A stretch of 63,794 nucleotides of DNA, counting the filler, from Octopus bimaculoides (lineage: Eukaryota): the NCBI RefSeq assembly GCF_001194135.2. It is 6 parts of 6 records of this genome, joined end to end, with 100 filler letters (N's around TTAATTAATTAA, not from the genome) between each part and the next. Parts side by side here need not be neighbours in the genome. Positions count along the whole stretch, not along the records: positions 4,041 to 23,066 come from NC_068981.1; 5 more parts are not named here. One strand, written 5' to 3'. The position numbers and the translations under genes were made by a program. Below are positions 11,480 through 23,066 of this stretch, one piece after another (position 1 is the first letter of the stretch; every line of letters starts with the position of its first letter). Under the pieces are notes generated by a model that had not been told where the DNA came from, did not search any database, and saw nothing but the letters and a program-made list of their open reading frames with translations.

Positions 11480-12975
11480 AGGACTTGGAAGCTTAGGAAT
11501 CCTGCACATGATCAGAGATTTAGGAATATCCTTACCAAGAAATTTGATGACAAGGAAGAGGAGTTACAGTCCTGTGACATAGAAGGCAGCTGGGAATTCC
11601 TGCAAGACAGCTTGCTGAGTGCCACAGACCAAATCTGTGGCTGGTGCAAAGTCCCTTCCAGACCTAGGGTAACATGGTGGTGGAACAATACTGTAGATAG
11701 GGCCATTAGAGTAAAGAAACAGGCTTGAAATACTTGGAAGAAAGGGGGTAGCAGGAAAATGTATCAGATAGCCACAAGGAAAGGTAAGAGACAGGTATAT
11801 ATAGCCAAGGGAGTAGCAGAAAAGAAGAAGCTTGCCAATGCTCAGTGACGTGAGGACCAGAGAACTGAAGTATTTTGGATTGCAAGACAGTGTATAAGAG
11901 AAAATAGTCATGTCATAGAAATGTGTCTGCATGGATGATGGTGCCCTTGCATTTAATGATCCTGCATAGAAAAAGGCTTGGAGAAGCTATTATGAAAGAC
12001 TGCTGAACGTGTAGAATGAATGGGAGGAGGAGAGTCTGCCAAAGGTTGACCCAACTGAGGGACCGGCTATCCAAATCGACTGTGCTCAGGTAGATAAAGC
12101 AACTAAGGATATGAAGACAAGGAAAACAACTGGCCCAGCAGGAATCACTACTGGGATGCTTAAAATATCAGGTGGTGTGGGTTATGGCCTAGTCACTAGT
12201 ATTGTAAACCAGATAGTTCATGAAGGAGTCATACACAATGACTGGCGCAGCAGCACCATAATCAACTGCTACAAAGGTAAAGGTAATGCTTTAGATAGAA
12301 ACTACAAGGGTATCAAATTATTGGATTAGGTGATGAAAGTTACAGAGAGGGTCATAGCCCAACTAATTAGGGAGACAGTTAGCCTAGATGAGATGCAGTT
12401 CAGTTTTGTACCAGGCAGAAGCACCACTGATGCTATATTTCTGGTAAGGCAACTGCAAGAGAAATACCTAGCCAAAGATAAACCTTTGTACTTGGCTTTG
12501 TTGACTTGGAGAAAGCTTTTGACAGGATCCCCCAATCCCTTATCTGGTGGTCAATGTGGAAACTGGGGATAGACGAGTGGCTGGTAAGAGCTTTACAAGC
12601 CCTGTGCAGGGATGCTGTCAGTAAAGTGAGAGTTGGCAATGAGTATAGTGAAGAATTCCAAGTAGCCCCCTCTTATTCATTATAGTTTTCCAGGCAATAA
12701 CAGAGGAATTAAAGACAGGCTACCCCTGGGAGTTCCTCTATGCTGATGACCTTGCTCTAATAGCTGAGTCACTACCAAAACTGGAGACGAGGTTTAAGGT
12801 GTGGAAGCAAGGTCTAGAATCGAAGGGCCTTAGGGTTAACCTAGCCAAAACCAAAGTCTTAGTAAGTAGGAAGGCTGTCAAATCACAACTTCCTTCAGGT
12901 AGATGGCCCTGCTCGATCTGTAGAAAAGGCATGGGTAGAAACTCCATACAATGTACCTGGTGTAAGCTATGGACA
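11480..12975 (+). mobile_element. RTE-clade LINE fragment (post-endonuclease linker, RT domain, Cys-rich insert)
   Basis: WKL...TWWWN...GPAGI...DWRSSTII..YKGKG...NYKGIKLL...QFSFVPGRSTTDAIF..RQLQEK...ELLYADDLAL...GLRVNLAKTKV...WPCSICRKG. Stops, a frameshift, and the QGS motif deleted. Confidence 0.92.
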
Positions 12976-14349
12976 TTTTTATAATTATTTATTGAACACT
13001 TTCATCTCATTTTGGAGAATCATCAGGAATGACATCTTTAGAGAAAATTTATGCTTTTTATACGTATGTGAATTAGGTGAAAAATTTGGATTTAAATGGA
13101 GAAGGGAATGTTTTTTTGTAATTTTTGAATACATATGTGTGTGTGTGTGTGTATGGTGAATTTTTGGAGGCTTGGTTAGAGAAAAAGAAAGACAAGAAGA
13201 CAGAAAGGACAAGGAAGAAACAAAGAGAAAAGAAAAAAGGAAAAAAGGAAGAAAAAGTTTTTTCTGAGACGGTTGAAATAGTATTGCATTCTTATGGCCA
13301 GTTGTCATATATATATGTATATGCATGCATACATACACACACACATATATAGACACATACACACATTACCTCTGTGTATGTGTGTGTTTGTGTATGTGTT
13401 TGTGCACATATAAATACAAACACACACACACACACACAGCATACAACTGTATAGTGATTTAGTTATAGCTAATTTAAATTAGGTAAATGATTCCAACATT
13501 TTAATGGGTAAAGGGAAAAAGAACAGTCAAATATAATAGTTCACATATTTTTATTTTAACAGTCAAATAATAATAATCTATGTAATAGCTTCTTGATTAT
13601 TTCAAGGATTTTCTCTCAAGGCAGAGAGATTTCCAATACAGCAAAATGTTGATCTATTGTTCACTTTGTCTTTTTAATATACATCTTTTAGAATGGCTTC
13701 TATTGTACTTTTCTAGAAAATAAAAATAAAAAAAATAAAATGTAATAACATATTGACTATGACAGTTAGGAAGCTTTCTTCTTTTAAAACAAAAACAATT
13801 CTGAGAAACACAAACAAAAATATATTTAAATAGCATTTAGCCTTTAACTTCAAAATTAAATTACATGGTTATTCGACTAATGATGTTAAATATCTACCAA
13901 AAACAAAAATAGAATTGGTATTTTCTGCAGGTCACATTGCCTCAGTAAACTTGACAGACCTCAACAAAACATAGTTTTATACATGACATTCCTCAACAAA
14001 ATATAGACTGTTAAATAAAACTGTTTTCTGTAGTTAAGGGTATTAAGATTTTGTGTGGACATATCTGATTTCTGCAGTACAAGGATCAACCAAATTTTCA
14101 GGTATTTCCTTTCACAACTTGAGAACAGAAAATTGCAAATAGATAAATAAAAAATTAGGTTTCACACTTAACAACTGGTGTTGGTTTGTTTATATCTCAA
14201 TAACTTAGTTCAGTAAAATGTGGGGTAAATAGGATAAGTACCAGATTTAAGTAATAGAACCAATTGCATTGACAAAACCCTTTAAGGCAAGGTGATTTCC
14301 AAGCATGACAGCAGACCAATGACTGAAACAAAATAAATATATCCACCAC

Positions 14350-14815
14350 AAGTCCATATGAGAAGTTATCTCTTGGTAAATAACATAGCATTCAGTGTTC
14401 TAACAAAAACATCCATGTTAAGTTGGATATAAAAATTATCTTTTGGTATTGATACTGCTTCTGTTGCTATTAATTATTTTTTAATAAGTCTGCTGGCTAC
14501 ATGTGACATCAGTGCCTCAGAAGACACTGAAATTCTATGTATCATTGAGATTTGGCTGTTATATTGCTACTGGACGTCTGCCACTGAAGAGTCCAAAACG
14601 GTTAAATCATGAGATCTGGCAGTTCCTGTGGTTGTAGTAGATGATTTTTCGTCTGTTAATGATATAAACATGAGTACTTTTAAACACTATTAGTCCATAT
14701 GAGAGGTTTTCTTTATGTAAATAATACAATATTTGGTGTTTTAACAAAATATTGACGTTAAGTTGGACGTAAAGATTGCCTTCTAGTATTCATACTGCTT
14801 CTGTCACTGTTTATA
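14350..14815. repeat. Diverged direct duplication, about 125 bp x2 (about 14350-14475 and 14692-14815)
   Basis: AGTCCATATGAGA...TAACAAAA...GTTAAGTTGGA...GTATT.ATACTGCTTCTGT is present in both copies. Confidence 0.75.
14578..14622 (+). ncRNA. Degenerate type I hammerhead-like motif (candidate)
   Basis: Stem I CTGCCA/TGGCAG, CTGAAGA core, stem III ATC/GAT and an ATC triplet. GAAA reads TAAA and stem II is weak. Confidence 0.3.
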
Positions 14816-14834
14816 TATATATATGTACACACAC

Positions 14835-14950
14835 ATGGTATGATCATCATTTAACATGAGCTTTTCCATGCTTGCACAGCTCAGACGGAATTTGTTGAGG
14901 TAAATTTTCTACAGCTGGATGTCTTTTCTGTTGCCAACCCTGACCTGTTT
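14835..14950 (-). mobile_element. RTE-type/SINE 3' tail fragment
   Basis: CATCATTTAACATGAGCTTTTCCATGC...CTACAGCTGGATG...TGCCAACC, related to the 9490 and 16440 tails. Confidence 0.5.
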
Positions 14951-15064
14951 CTTATCAAAGAGATATAGAGGTATAGGAGAGACAGAAGCGGTATAGAGGG
15001 GTATGTGTTAATGATCATAGGGGTTTGCATGTGGGTGCTATTTGTGGAGGGTGAACTTACATTT

Positions 15065-15431
15065 AGATTTATGAAAGAATTTAAAAGTGCGGAAGAATTT
15101 GTGCTTACATGTAGTGAAGGCCTCTTTGTATTTATTAAGCAAATGTGGTGAGATGTGGGCTAAAATTTTGAGGGTTTATTTTAAGCAGAGTCCACAACTG
15201 GAGTGTTGGCCCTATTATGGGATACCCGAGTCTATTATAGCCCAGGAAAGTTTATACTGTACTTTTCTATTAATCAGATGGTGTACGTGGCTGGCTAGTG
15301 ATGTGGAATTGCTATTCTTTTTATTATTTAAACGAGTTTAAATGCGCATAATATCTTTGTTTAAAATTAGTGCTAGACTCAATATAGTAGCTATTTACTA
15401 TGTTGTGAATGGTGCATTGGTATATATTATA
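15065..15431 (-). pseudogene. Penelope-like element GIY-YIG endonuclease relic (copy 2)
   Basis: IIYQCTIHNIVNSYYIESSTNFKQRYYAHL (frameshift) NSTSLASHVHHLINRKVQYKLSWAIIDSG...CGLCLK*TLKIL...LLNKYKEAFTTCKH; homologous to copy 1. Confidence 0.8.
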
Positions 15432-16273
15432 TACATAGTGAAAGTATTAATGGTGAAACTATTAAAACTGAAAGTATTATCTCAAATTACATGAGAGATG
15501 TTATTGTTTCACTTTTGATACGTAATACTAAAATAGTGTAAGAGATAAGAGATTGCTCTGGGCTCGCATTAGGCATGAAGTTGAACATTATTTTGGTCCA
15601 TGACACTGCATGGACCCTAAGTAAGGCATGTATAAAATTTGAATGAAATCGGTTGGATAGTTCTAGAGTTTTAGTGATGCACACATACAGACATTCTCAG
15701 CTTTATATATATACATATAGATATATACACATATACAAACATATGTGTGAGGCCCTGCACCCTACTCCCTCTCTCTCTGACCGGTCAAGCATTTCTCCCA
15801 ATTCTCATCCCCTCACACCTATCATTCCTCTGGCTATGTTACTACTCAGCTGCTGTAATCACCTGAAAGCAAAATTGGTACATATTACAACCCCTCCTGT
15901 CTGATTACTTCCCTCCCTGGAACCACTTACATTTTTCATTATCACCCCTTCCAATACTATTTCCACCAATTACCTCCTTTTGTGTTTTCAGCCAGATATC
16001 TTTCCTTGACTATTCTTAATACTTTTATCTGCTATCATTCTCAATGTTCCCTAATTTCTACCCTCAACTCCCATTTACTATCTACCCTTGTCCATCACTT
16101 CATACATTCACATCCAGCCTCATCTTTCACCATCTGTGACTCCCCTTCTTACATTCTATGAAACACTTTCCCTCCCATGACCCACTATCCATATCTTCCC
16201 TTATGCTTACCTTCCTGTAGCTTGAGAATTTATTCTGGCATGCCATCACTATCTTCCTTTTATCTCATCTACT

Positions 16274-16312
<39 letters not shown>

Positions 16313-16439
16313 GTGGAGAGTTATGTTATCCCCTCTAGAGCAAGACACATGAACTTGTCCCTCTATCTTACCTTAGCTTTTCAACATCTGGAATAAAACC
16401 ACCTTTCTTTCTCAGATACTTCCTATTTAGTAGTGGGAG

Positions 16440-16627
16440 CTTTTTCCTTTTCTTCTGTCATGCAAGTTATCCGGCAATCTCAGTAGTGCTGATGGTACGG
16501 ACAGAAAAGCACTTCATAAAGTGGTTGGCATTAGGAAGAGGCATCCTGACTTAAAAAAAAAAAACTGTCAAACTGTCCAATCCATGTGAGTATGGAAAGT
16601 GGATATTAAATGATGATGATGATGATA
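16440..16627 (+). mobile_element. RTE-type/SINE 3' tail
   Basis: GTGGTTGGCATTAGGAAGAGGCATCC...CCATGTGAGTATGGAAAGTGGATATTAAATGATGATG. Confidence 0.5.
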
Positions 16628-18039
16628 TCTTTATACATAATTGGCTTCTTTCAGTTTCCATCTACCAAATCTACTTACTTTCGTTAGCTCAGGGCTAGGT
16701 CACTGAATTAGCATGCAATCTGTTGAACATTTCACAGACACATGAATCCTTCAAATAATCCTCAGACAAAACCTGTATGACACTGTGCACAAAAGAGCTG
16801 TACTTTTGAATTTCAAGTCCAATCCATTCGACAGATTTCCATAAAGTTTCTGTCTACTCAGTTTCACTCACAAAACTTTGGATGACCTAAAGCAAAAATA
16901 AAAGGCCAAGGTTCCATGTATCAGGATCCTAGGATCACATGATTGTGAAGGGAACTTTTTAACCATTCTTAAATGGTGTACACACATGCAGGTGTGTGCG
17001 CATATACATACACACACAGAAACATATTTCTCCAGTTACTTTGTTTGCATACTAGAAAAGAATCCAGTTAGATTTGTTGCTGTTGGCAATGGATGACTTT
17101 GCACAAATATTCATCAGTATAGTGTATACACTCAGTTCATATGAGGATCAGAAATTACATGTCTGGACAGGTTATCGCAACCTGAGATAATTATTATTGG
17201 GACATAGTGCCCATAAATAGGTTAAAGAACAACATTTCACTCTTATGTTTCATTTTGAATTGGTTTCTTTCTGTGGATGAATGCCAAATACCAGCCAGTT
17301 TAAAGAGTGTACCAGGGGCATTTTATCATGGCACCAGCATGAGAGAGGTTATCATGTCCTTCATGAGTCAAAAATAAAGGACAGCCCTCTCAACACTCTT
17401 CCACTTGTTCCACATTATAGAGTGTACTAGGTGCATTTCATTCCTATAACAGCACTGGTGAGGTTGTCTTGCTTCCCACAAGACAAAAGTCTTCTGCTGC
17501 TTAATGTTGTAATTATTTGTTTCAGGCAGCATAACCAATAAGGTCAGTAGAAAAGAAGGTGACTACAGAAGATGAGCAATGGTGAAGAGGGTAGAGAAGA
17601 TTCAGAAGGCAGAAAAACAGTGATTGCAATGTGAGAGAGAGAGAGAGAGGGGGGGGGGAGAATGAATAATGGATAGTTCCAAAAATGGTTGAAGGTAAGA
17701 GAGTGTAGGTAATGTCAATAATGAGTGGCCTGGAGGAGAAAAAGGTGGGGCTAGACAGTTGCAAGTATGGAGGGGGTGATGTTTGCTGGTGATGGAGAGC
17801 ACATTTAAAGGGCAGTTGAGATAGCAATGATAAGAGTGATGGCAATGCGGGAGTGTATAGGATGACAACAGATCCCACACAATCTCTTGATACTCAGAGG
17901 ATGGATTTATATATGACCAGATCAGATGTTTCTCCCGAAAAGTGAGGGACAATAGATGAGAGAGCACTGAATAGGCAAGAAAGCACCAGATGACAATTTA
18001 GCAGGTATAAAATAAGCATAAGTCCTAGTTGTAGATATA

Positions 18040-20330
18040 TGTATCATTTATTCCAGCCTACATCACTACCTGAATAATTGTACAGGTAAATGTGTCTTCT
18101 CAATCATTGAATATTATCATTTGTAATTATCTTTTGTCATCTTTGAGAGATGTAACACCTCAGTAGCAGACTTTGCCATCTCATCCAAGTCTTCCTTAGT
18201 TGCATTTGCTTTAAGTATGCAGCACTTCTTTATACAGCTGCCAATTTCCATATGCATTCCATGATTAATCCAAAGCAGTCTTCTCTCTTCTGTACTGCAT
18301 CATCTGAATCCTTTGATGATATTTTCTTACAGTTTATTTGTATGCCATCATTCATGTGTATTAACATTACATTCCTAGCAGAGCATGTTTGCTTTCATAT
18401 CTTTCTAGTTTTCACAATTCTTTTGCATTTATAGCCCATATCATGCAACATTGCAGTTTGCATGCAAACATCATACAGTCTTCCCTCCACTCTGATGGAA
18501 AAGTCCTTAGTTGCTATTAAGGGTAATATCTCTGAACTTTTTTTGAACCTGTACCTTCTCAGATTACTATATTTTCACAGCACCCATCACCTAATAAAAT
18601 AGTCACCTAGGTAGAAGCTATCAACTACTTCTAGAGAATTTTCCAGGTATTAGAGACTATCTACTTCCATGTGCTCCTGGTATTTATTGCCTCTATGCCT
18701 ATGCACTTGCTGTAATTTCTGTTAGCCTACCTGTGAACCTATTATATCTTGTATTCACATACAGTACATTGTATAGAATTTCTGCCTGATCCTTTTCTGC
18801 ATATCGATTACAGACATTTCTCTGATGGTAGAAGTTGTCCTGTTTCTTTCCCTACATACTAAAATTTTAGTCTTCGTTAAGTTTATTTGAAGACTTTTCA
18901 ATTCCAAGTTTTGTTTCCATGTCTGGAATTTCTTCTCTAAATCTACAGACTCTTCTCTAACAACTAAGTCATCAACACCGAGAAATTCTCATGAAGAGCT
19001 GGTTTTCAACTCCTGTTAGAGCAGAGAAATCTATAATAAAGAAAAAGGGGATGAAAGCTGAGCCTTGATGGACTTGAAGTTCCAAACTCAACGCATTTCT
19101 GAGACTCACCTTGCTGACTGTAACTCTGTACATAGCTTGAATGGCCCTAGTTTCCTTAATAAATACCAGGTAACAAAATGTAACACCCAGTCAAAAGGCC
19201 TTTTCAAGTCAACAAATTCTAAGTACCAAATCTTATTGTTAGCTAAATACTTCTTCTGCAGCTGTCACACAAGGAATGTGATATCTGTGGTACCTCTTCC
19301 AGTTACAAAACTAAACTGTATTCCATCTAAGCTAATACTGTTTTTGTCAATTACAGGAACTCTTTCAACTACTTTTTTAACTTAGTCCAACAGCTTGATG
19401 TCTCTGTAATTTCCTATCTCTAGTAGATCTCCCTTGCCCTTGAGGCTTACCTGTATTACCTGATTGATTATTCAAGTGACTAATCTGCATCCTATTTCAC
19501 CAGCTATTTTAAGCATGTTAACAACTATCCCTAATAAACCAGCTACTTTCTCTGCCTTCATATCCTTAATCACTGTCTACCATAATGCTATCAATTTGAA
19601 TTGTTAGTCCTTCTGTTGGGTCTACTTCAGATTGACTCCCTCACTTTCATACACTTTTTACATTTAACAACCTACTTTCATGCCTCTTTTCAAGTGGAGT
19701 GTTCATTATCATTCTTCACACACATCTCACCAACATTTCAATTCTCTCTAGCACACAACTTAACAATCAGGAACACTTCACATGGCAGAACATGCACAAA
19801 CTACTTTCTTTCTTTGGCTTCCATTACTCTTATAGTTATCTATTCAGCTTCCACAATCTTTCCAAGTCTGACTCTTATTGGATTGTTGGATAAATTCATT
19901 TGTTTTTTTCCAATGTTATCTGAATTAACACAAGAAAATATTTTTATCATAGTGCTTAATGAGTTTTTTTTTGTAGCTTTATTTTTCCTCTACAACTTTT
20001 GTTTATCTTGAAATTTGAATAAATTTTACCTCTTTTCCAACATATGATGGTGGAGTTGGGGAAAATGAATATTTTCAACTCCTGCTTTTCTTCATTTTCA
20101 ATCACAGTTCCAAAACTGTCAAGGCCACTCAAGACATTTGAACTGTGTAAAAAGAAGGTGCTGTCACTGAAAGGTGGGAAAATTGGACCTCACAGACTCT
20201 TCACAATTCCACCATTTTGTTCAGTTTAATGAGGATTGACTGACCCAGCTGATCCACACCAACACACTAGGGAATTGGATCAGTAGATGAGATGCTCTCC
20301 TGACACCTTCACTTGATATGTAAGACCCAA
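18040..20330 (-). mobile_element. Old RTE-clade LINE (endonuclease C-half to C-terminus), same family as 11480-12975
   Basis: RLLNV...EVDPTEGLTIQID...KDMK...MLKIAG; LDGIQFSFVTGRGTTD; FVDLKRPFD; QGSAF; EFLGVDDLVV; SICRKGSGRNSIQC. Many stops. Confidence 0.8.
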
Positions 20331-20434
20331 ATATTCAGTGCATGGGTGCCACTGTTCTGAACAAAAGAGAAACTCCATCACTCCTCTATCACTACCAGTT
20401 TGTTCACATAATACCAGGCTACTTGGGGACACAA

Positions 20435-20965
20435 AGATTTCTTTACCACATTGTCATCAGCAATAAAAAATGGTGTCTTTACATCAATATGAAGCAGAGG
20501 AAGGATTGGCTGAGTCCCATCAAGCAAGCAACACCTCAGCTAAGCAAGAACTGCCTCTATGTTTGGTGGGATTGAAAGGAGATAATCAACTAGAAAATGT
20601 TTGAAAACAACTACAAAGTCAATGCAGAGCTTTACATTCAGAAAATGCACTGACTCAACAAGAATGTATAACAAGATAATACTTGCTCCACTATCATTAT
20701 TTTGATTAAAAAATGTTATTCAAGAGCTTGGTTGAAAACTTCTACCACACTCACCATATTCTTTTAGTACAGCACCTTAAGATTATCACCTTTTCTGATA
20801 GCTCTCCAACAGTCTGCATGGCATTTTGTTCAACAATGATGTGGAGCTGAATATGTGGCTTGATGAATTCTTCAAATCAAAACCTGGTGATTTCTATCAT
20901 CAAGGCACTGACAAAATAGTGGAATGTTGGCAAGAATACATAAACAATGAAGGGGAAAATATCAA
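20435..20965 (+). pseudogene. Mariner-family transposase relic (catalytic domain)
   Basis: FLYHIVISNKKWCLYINMKQRKDW...VWWD...LPHSPYS...AP*DYHLF...FFKSKPGDFYHQG..KIVECW, matching mariner WVPHEL/YSPDL-class C-terminal patterns. Confidence 0.8.
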
Positions 20966-20999
20966 CAGATTTGTTAAAATTGGTAATTGCAGAAAAAAA

Positions 21000-21200
21000 A
21001 ATTGATACCCCAGTAGCTTTCATGGTTCTACTTCAAGTGTTTTCTGCCACTATGGCATCATGAACTTCTCTATAGCCCTCAGCAAGTTGTTTTGTAGAAA
21101 ATCTGCTTCCTTTATAAGTCTATCTCTTCATCCTATCTATCATTATTGCCAATCTGAACTTCCCTGAATCTAAGACGAGCGAAGAACATTTCAGCTTCCA
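21000..21200 (-). mobile_element. Small RTE linker-region fragment
   Basis: WKL...DFLQNNLLRA resembles WKL...EFLQDSLLSA at 11490-11630. Confidence 0.4.
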
Positions 21201-21753
21201 GGACAACACACTCACTCACACAAAACATACAAAAATGCACACAACATATATACAAACACATACACACACACATACAGTTTGTGGAATGTGAATCATGGCA
21301 ATTCTGCATATTATTTATGGAGACATGATATTGTTACAGAAATATACTGTTTTGCCACTACTCCTTAAACTGTTATTTGCATTTCAATAAACCATTGCAA
21401 ATGGAAAAGGAAATAAAACACATATATACATAACTGACAGGTTTATTTCTGTTACCTTCTACCAATTCCACCTGCAATGCTTTCGTCAAACTCAGACTAT
21501 AGTAGGAGACACTTCCTCACAGTGCCAAAACGGGGGCCACATTTTTCATTAACGAAACACTTTGAAACTTGGAACACTGGTAGAATGTGTCATATAAAAC
21601 ATCTTTTTCTCTTAGTCTTCTTAAAAAAAAAAGAAATCCATAAATTATTCCATGTTAAAGTTGTCGTATTTCTGTAATTTCAACCAATCACTGACGTCCA
21701 TTCAGCCGATATACATTAAGCGCCGACTACATTAACAAACGATTCTGAAACAA

Positions 21754-21823
21754 TTAACCCTAACCCTAACTCTAACCCTAACCCTAACGTTAGGGTTAGG
21801 GTTAGAGTTAGGGTTAGGGTTAA
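21754..21823. repeat. Perfect 70-bp palindrome of telomeric repeats, (CCCTAA)n|(TTAGGG)n
   Basis: 35-bp arms checked base by base, including a mirrored CTCTAA/TTAGAG variant; centre at 21788/21789. Confidence 0.95.
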
Positions 21824-22357
21824 AGCAAATTTAAAATGAAAAAAGCAAATAAAACGAAGAATCGTTTGNNNNNNNNNNNNNNNNNNNNNNNNNNNNNNNN
21901 NNNNNNNNNNNNNNNNNNNNNNNNNNNNNNNNNNNNNNNNNNNNNNNNNNNNNNNNNNNNNNNNNNNNNNNNNNNNNNNNNNNNNNNNNNNNNNNNNNNN
22001 NNNNNNNNNNNNNNNNNNNNNNNNNNNNNNNNNNNNNNNNNNNNNNNNNNNNNNNNNNNNNNNNNNNNNNNNNNNNNNNNNNNNNNNNNNNNNNNNNNNN
22101 NNNNNNNNNNNNNNNNNNNNNNNNNNNNNNNNNNNNNNNNNNNNNNNNNNNNNNNNNNNNNNNNNNNNNNNNNNNNNNNNNNNNNNNNNNNNNNNNNNNN
22201 NNNNNNNNNNNNNNNNNNNNNNNNNNNNNNNNNNNNNNNNNNNNNNNNNNNNNNNNNNNNNNNNNNNNNNNNNNNNNNNNNNNNNNNNNNNNNNNNNNNN
22301 NNNNNNNNNNNNNNNNNNNNNNNNNNNNNNNNNNNNNNNNNNNNNNNNNNNNNNNNN

Positions 22358-22402
<45 letters not shown>

Positions 22403-22664
22403 GAGAGAAAGAGAGGTTATGAGAGGAAATGGTGTCAATAAGACCCAAAGGTGTCAGGTAATGCTGAGTAAGTGCTATGGATAGACTATAGTTAAGCTCC
22501 AGGTTTGGTGATTATGTAAATAAGGAGTCCAATGTACATATATACATATATATGTATATATACACACACGTATATATATATACACACATATACATATATA
22601 TACACACATATATATACATACATATATACACATATATATACACATATATGAAAATATATATATA

Positions 22665-22780
22665 AGGGCGGCGAGCTGGCAGAAACGTTAGCACGCCGGG
22701 CGAATTGCTTAACAGTATTTCGTCTGCCGCTACAATCTGAGTTCAAATTCCGCCGAGGTCGACTTTGCCTTTCATCCTTT
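22665..22780 (+). mobile_element. SINE family A, 5' half (ends at a gap)
   Basis: AGGGCGGCGAGCTGGCAGAAACGTTAGCAC...GCCTTTCATCCTTT. Confidence 0.85.
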
Positions 22781-23066
22781 NNNNNNNNNNTAAAACATTA
22801 ATGAAAAATGTGGCCCCCGTTTTAAAAAAGATCCCAAAGGGACTGAGCCTGGAACCACATGGCTAGGACCCAACCTTCGTAATCACACAGCCACATCTGC
22901 ACACATACATACACACACACACACATACACGTGTTTGTGTATACATACATACACACACATACACATGTATATGTATATAAACACATATATTGATATATAT
23001 GTATTTATATATACTTATGCTATATACATACACACATATACATGCATATACATACATACATATATA

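Larger units (their letters stand above)
21527..22835. mobile_element. Fold-back/TIR non-autonomous element with central telomeric repeats (contains gaps and a nested SINE)
   Basis: Left AAAACGGGGGCCACATTTTTCATTAA (21527-52) is inverted relative to TTAATGAAAAATGTGGCCCCCGTTTT within 22791-22835; a related copy starts at 55016. Confidence 0.6.

Noticed and set aside
13931-14101. 171-nt AG...GT exon candidate
   Set aside because: Stop codons in all three frames.
21754-21823. Ancient chromosome end-to-end fusion site
   Set aside because: The polarity is opposite to a fusion, and it recurs inside a dispersed TIR element.
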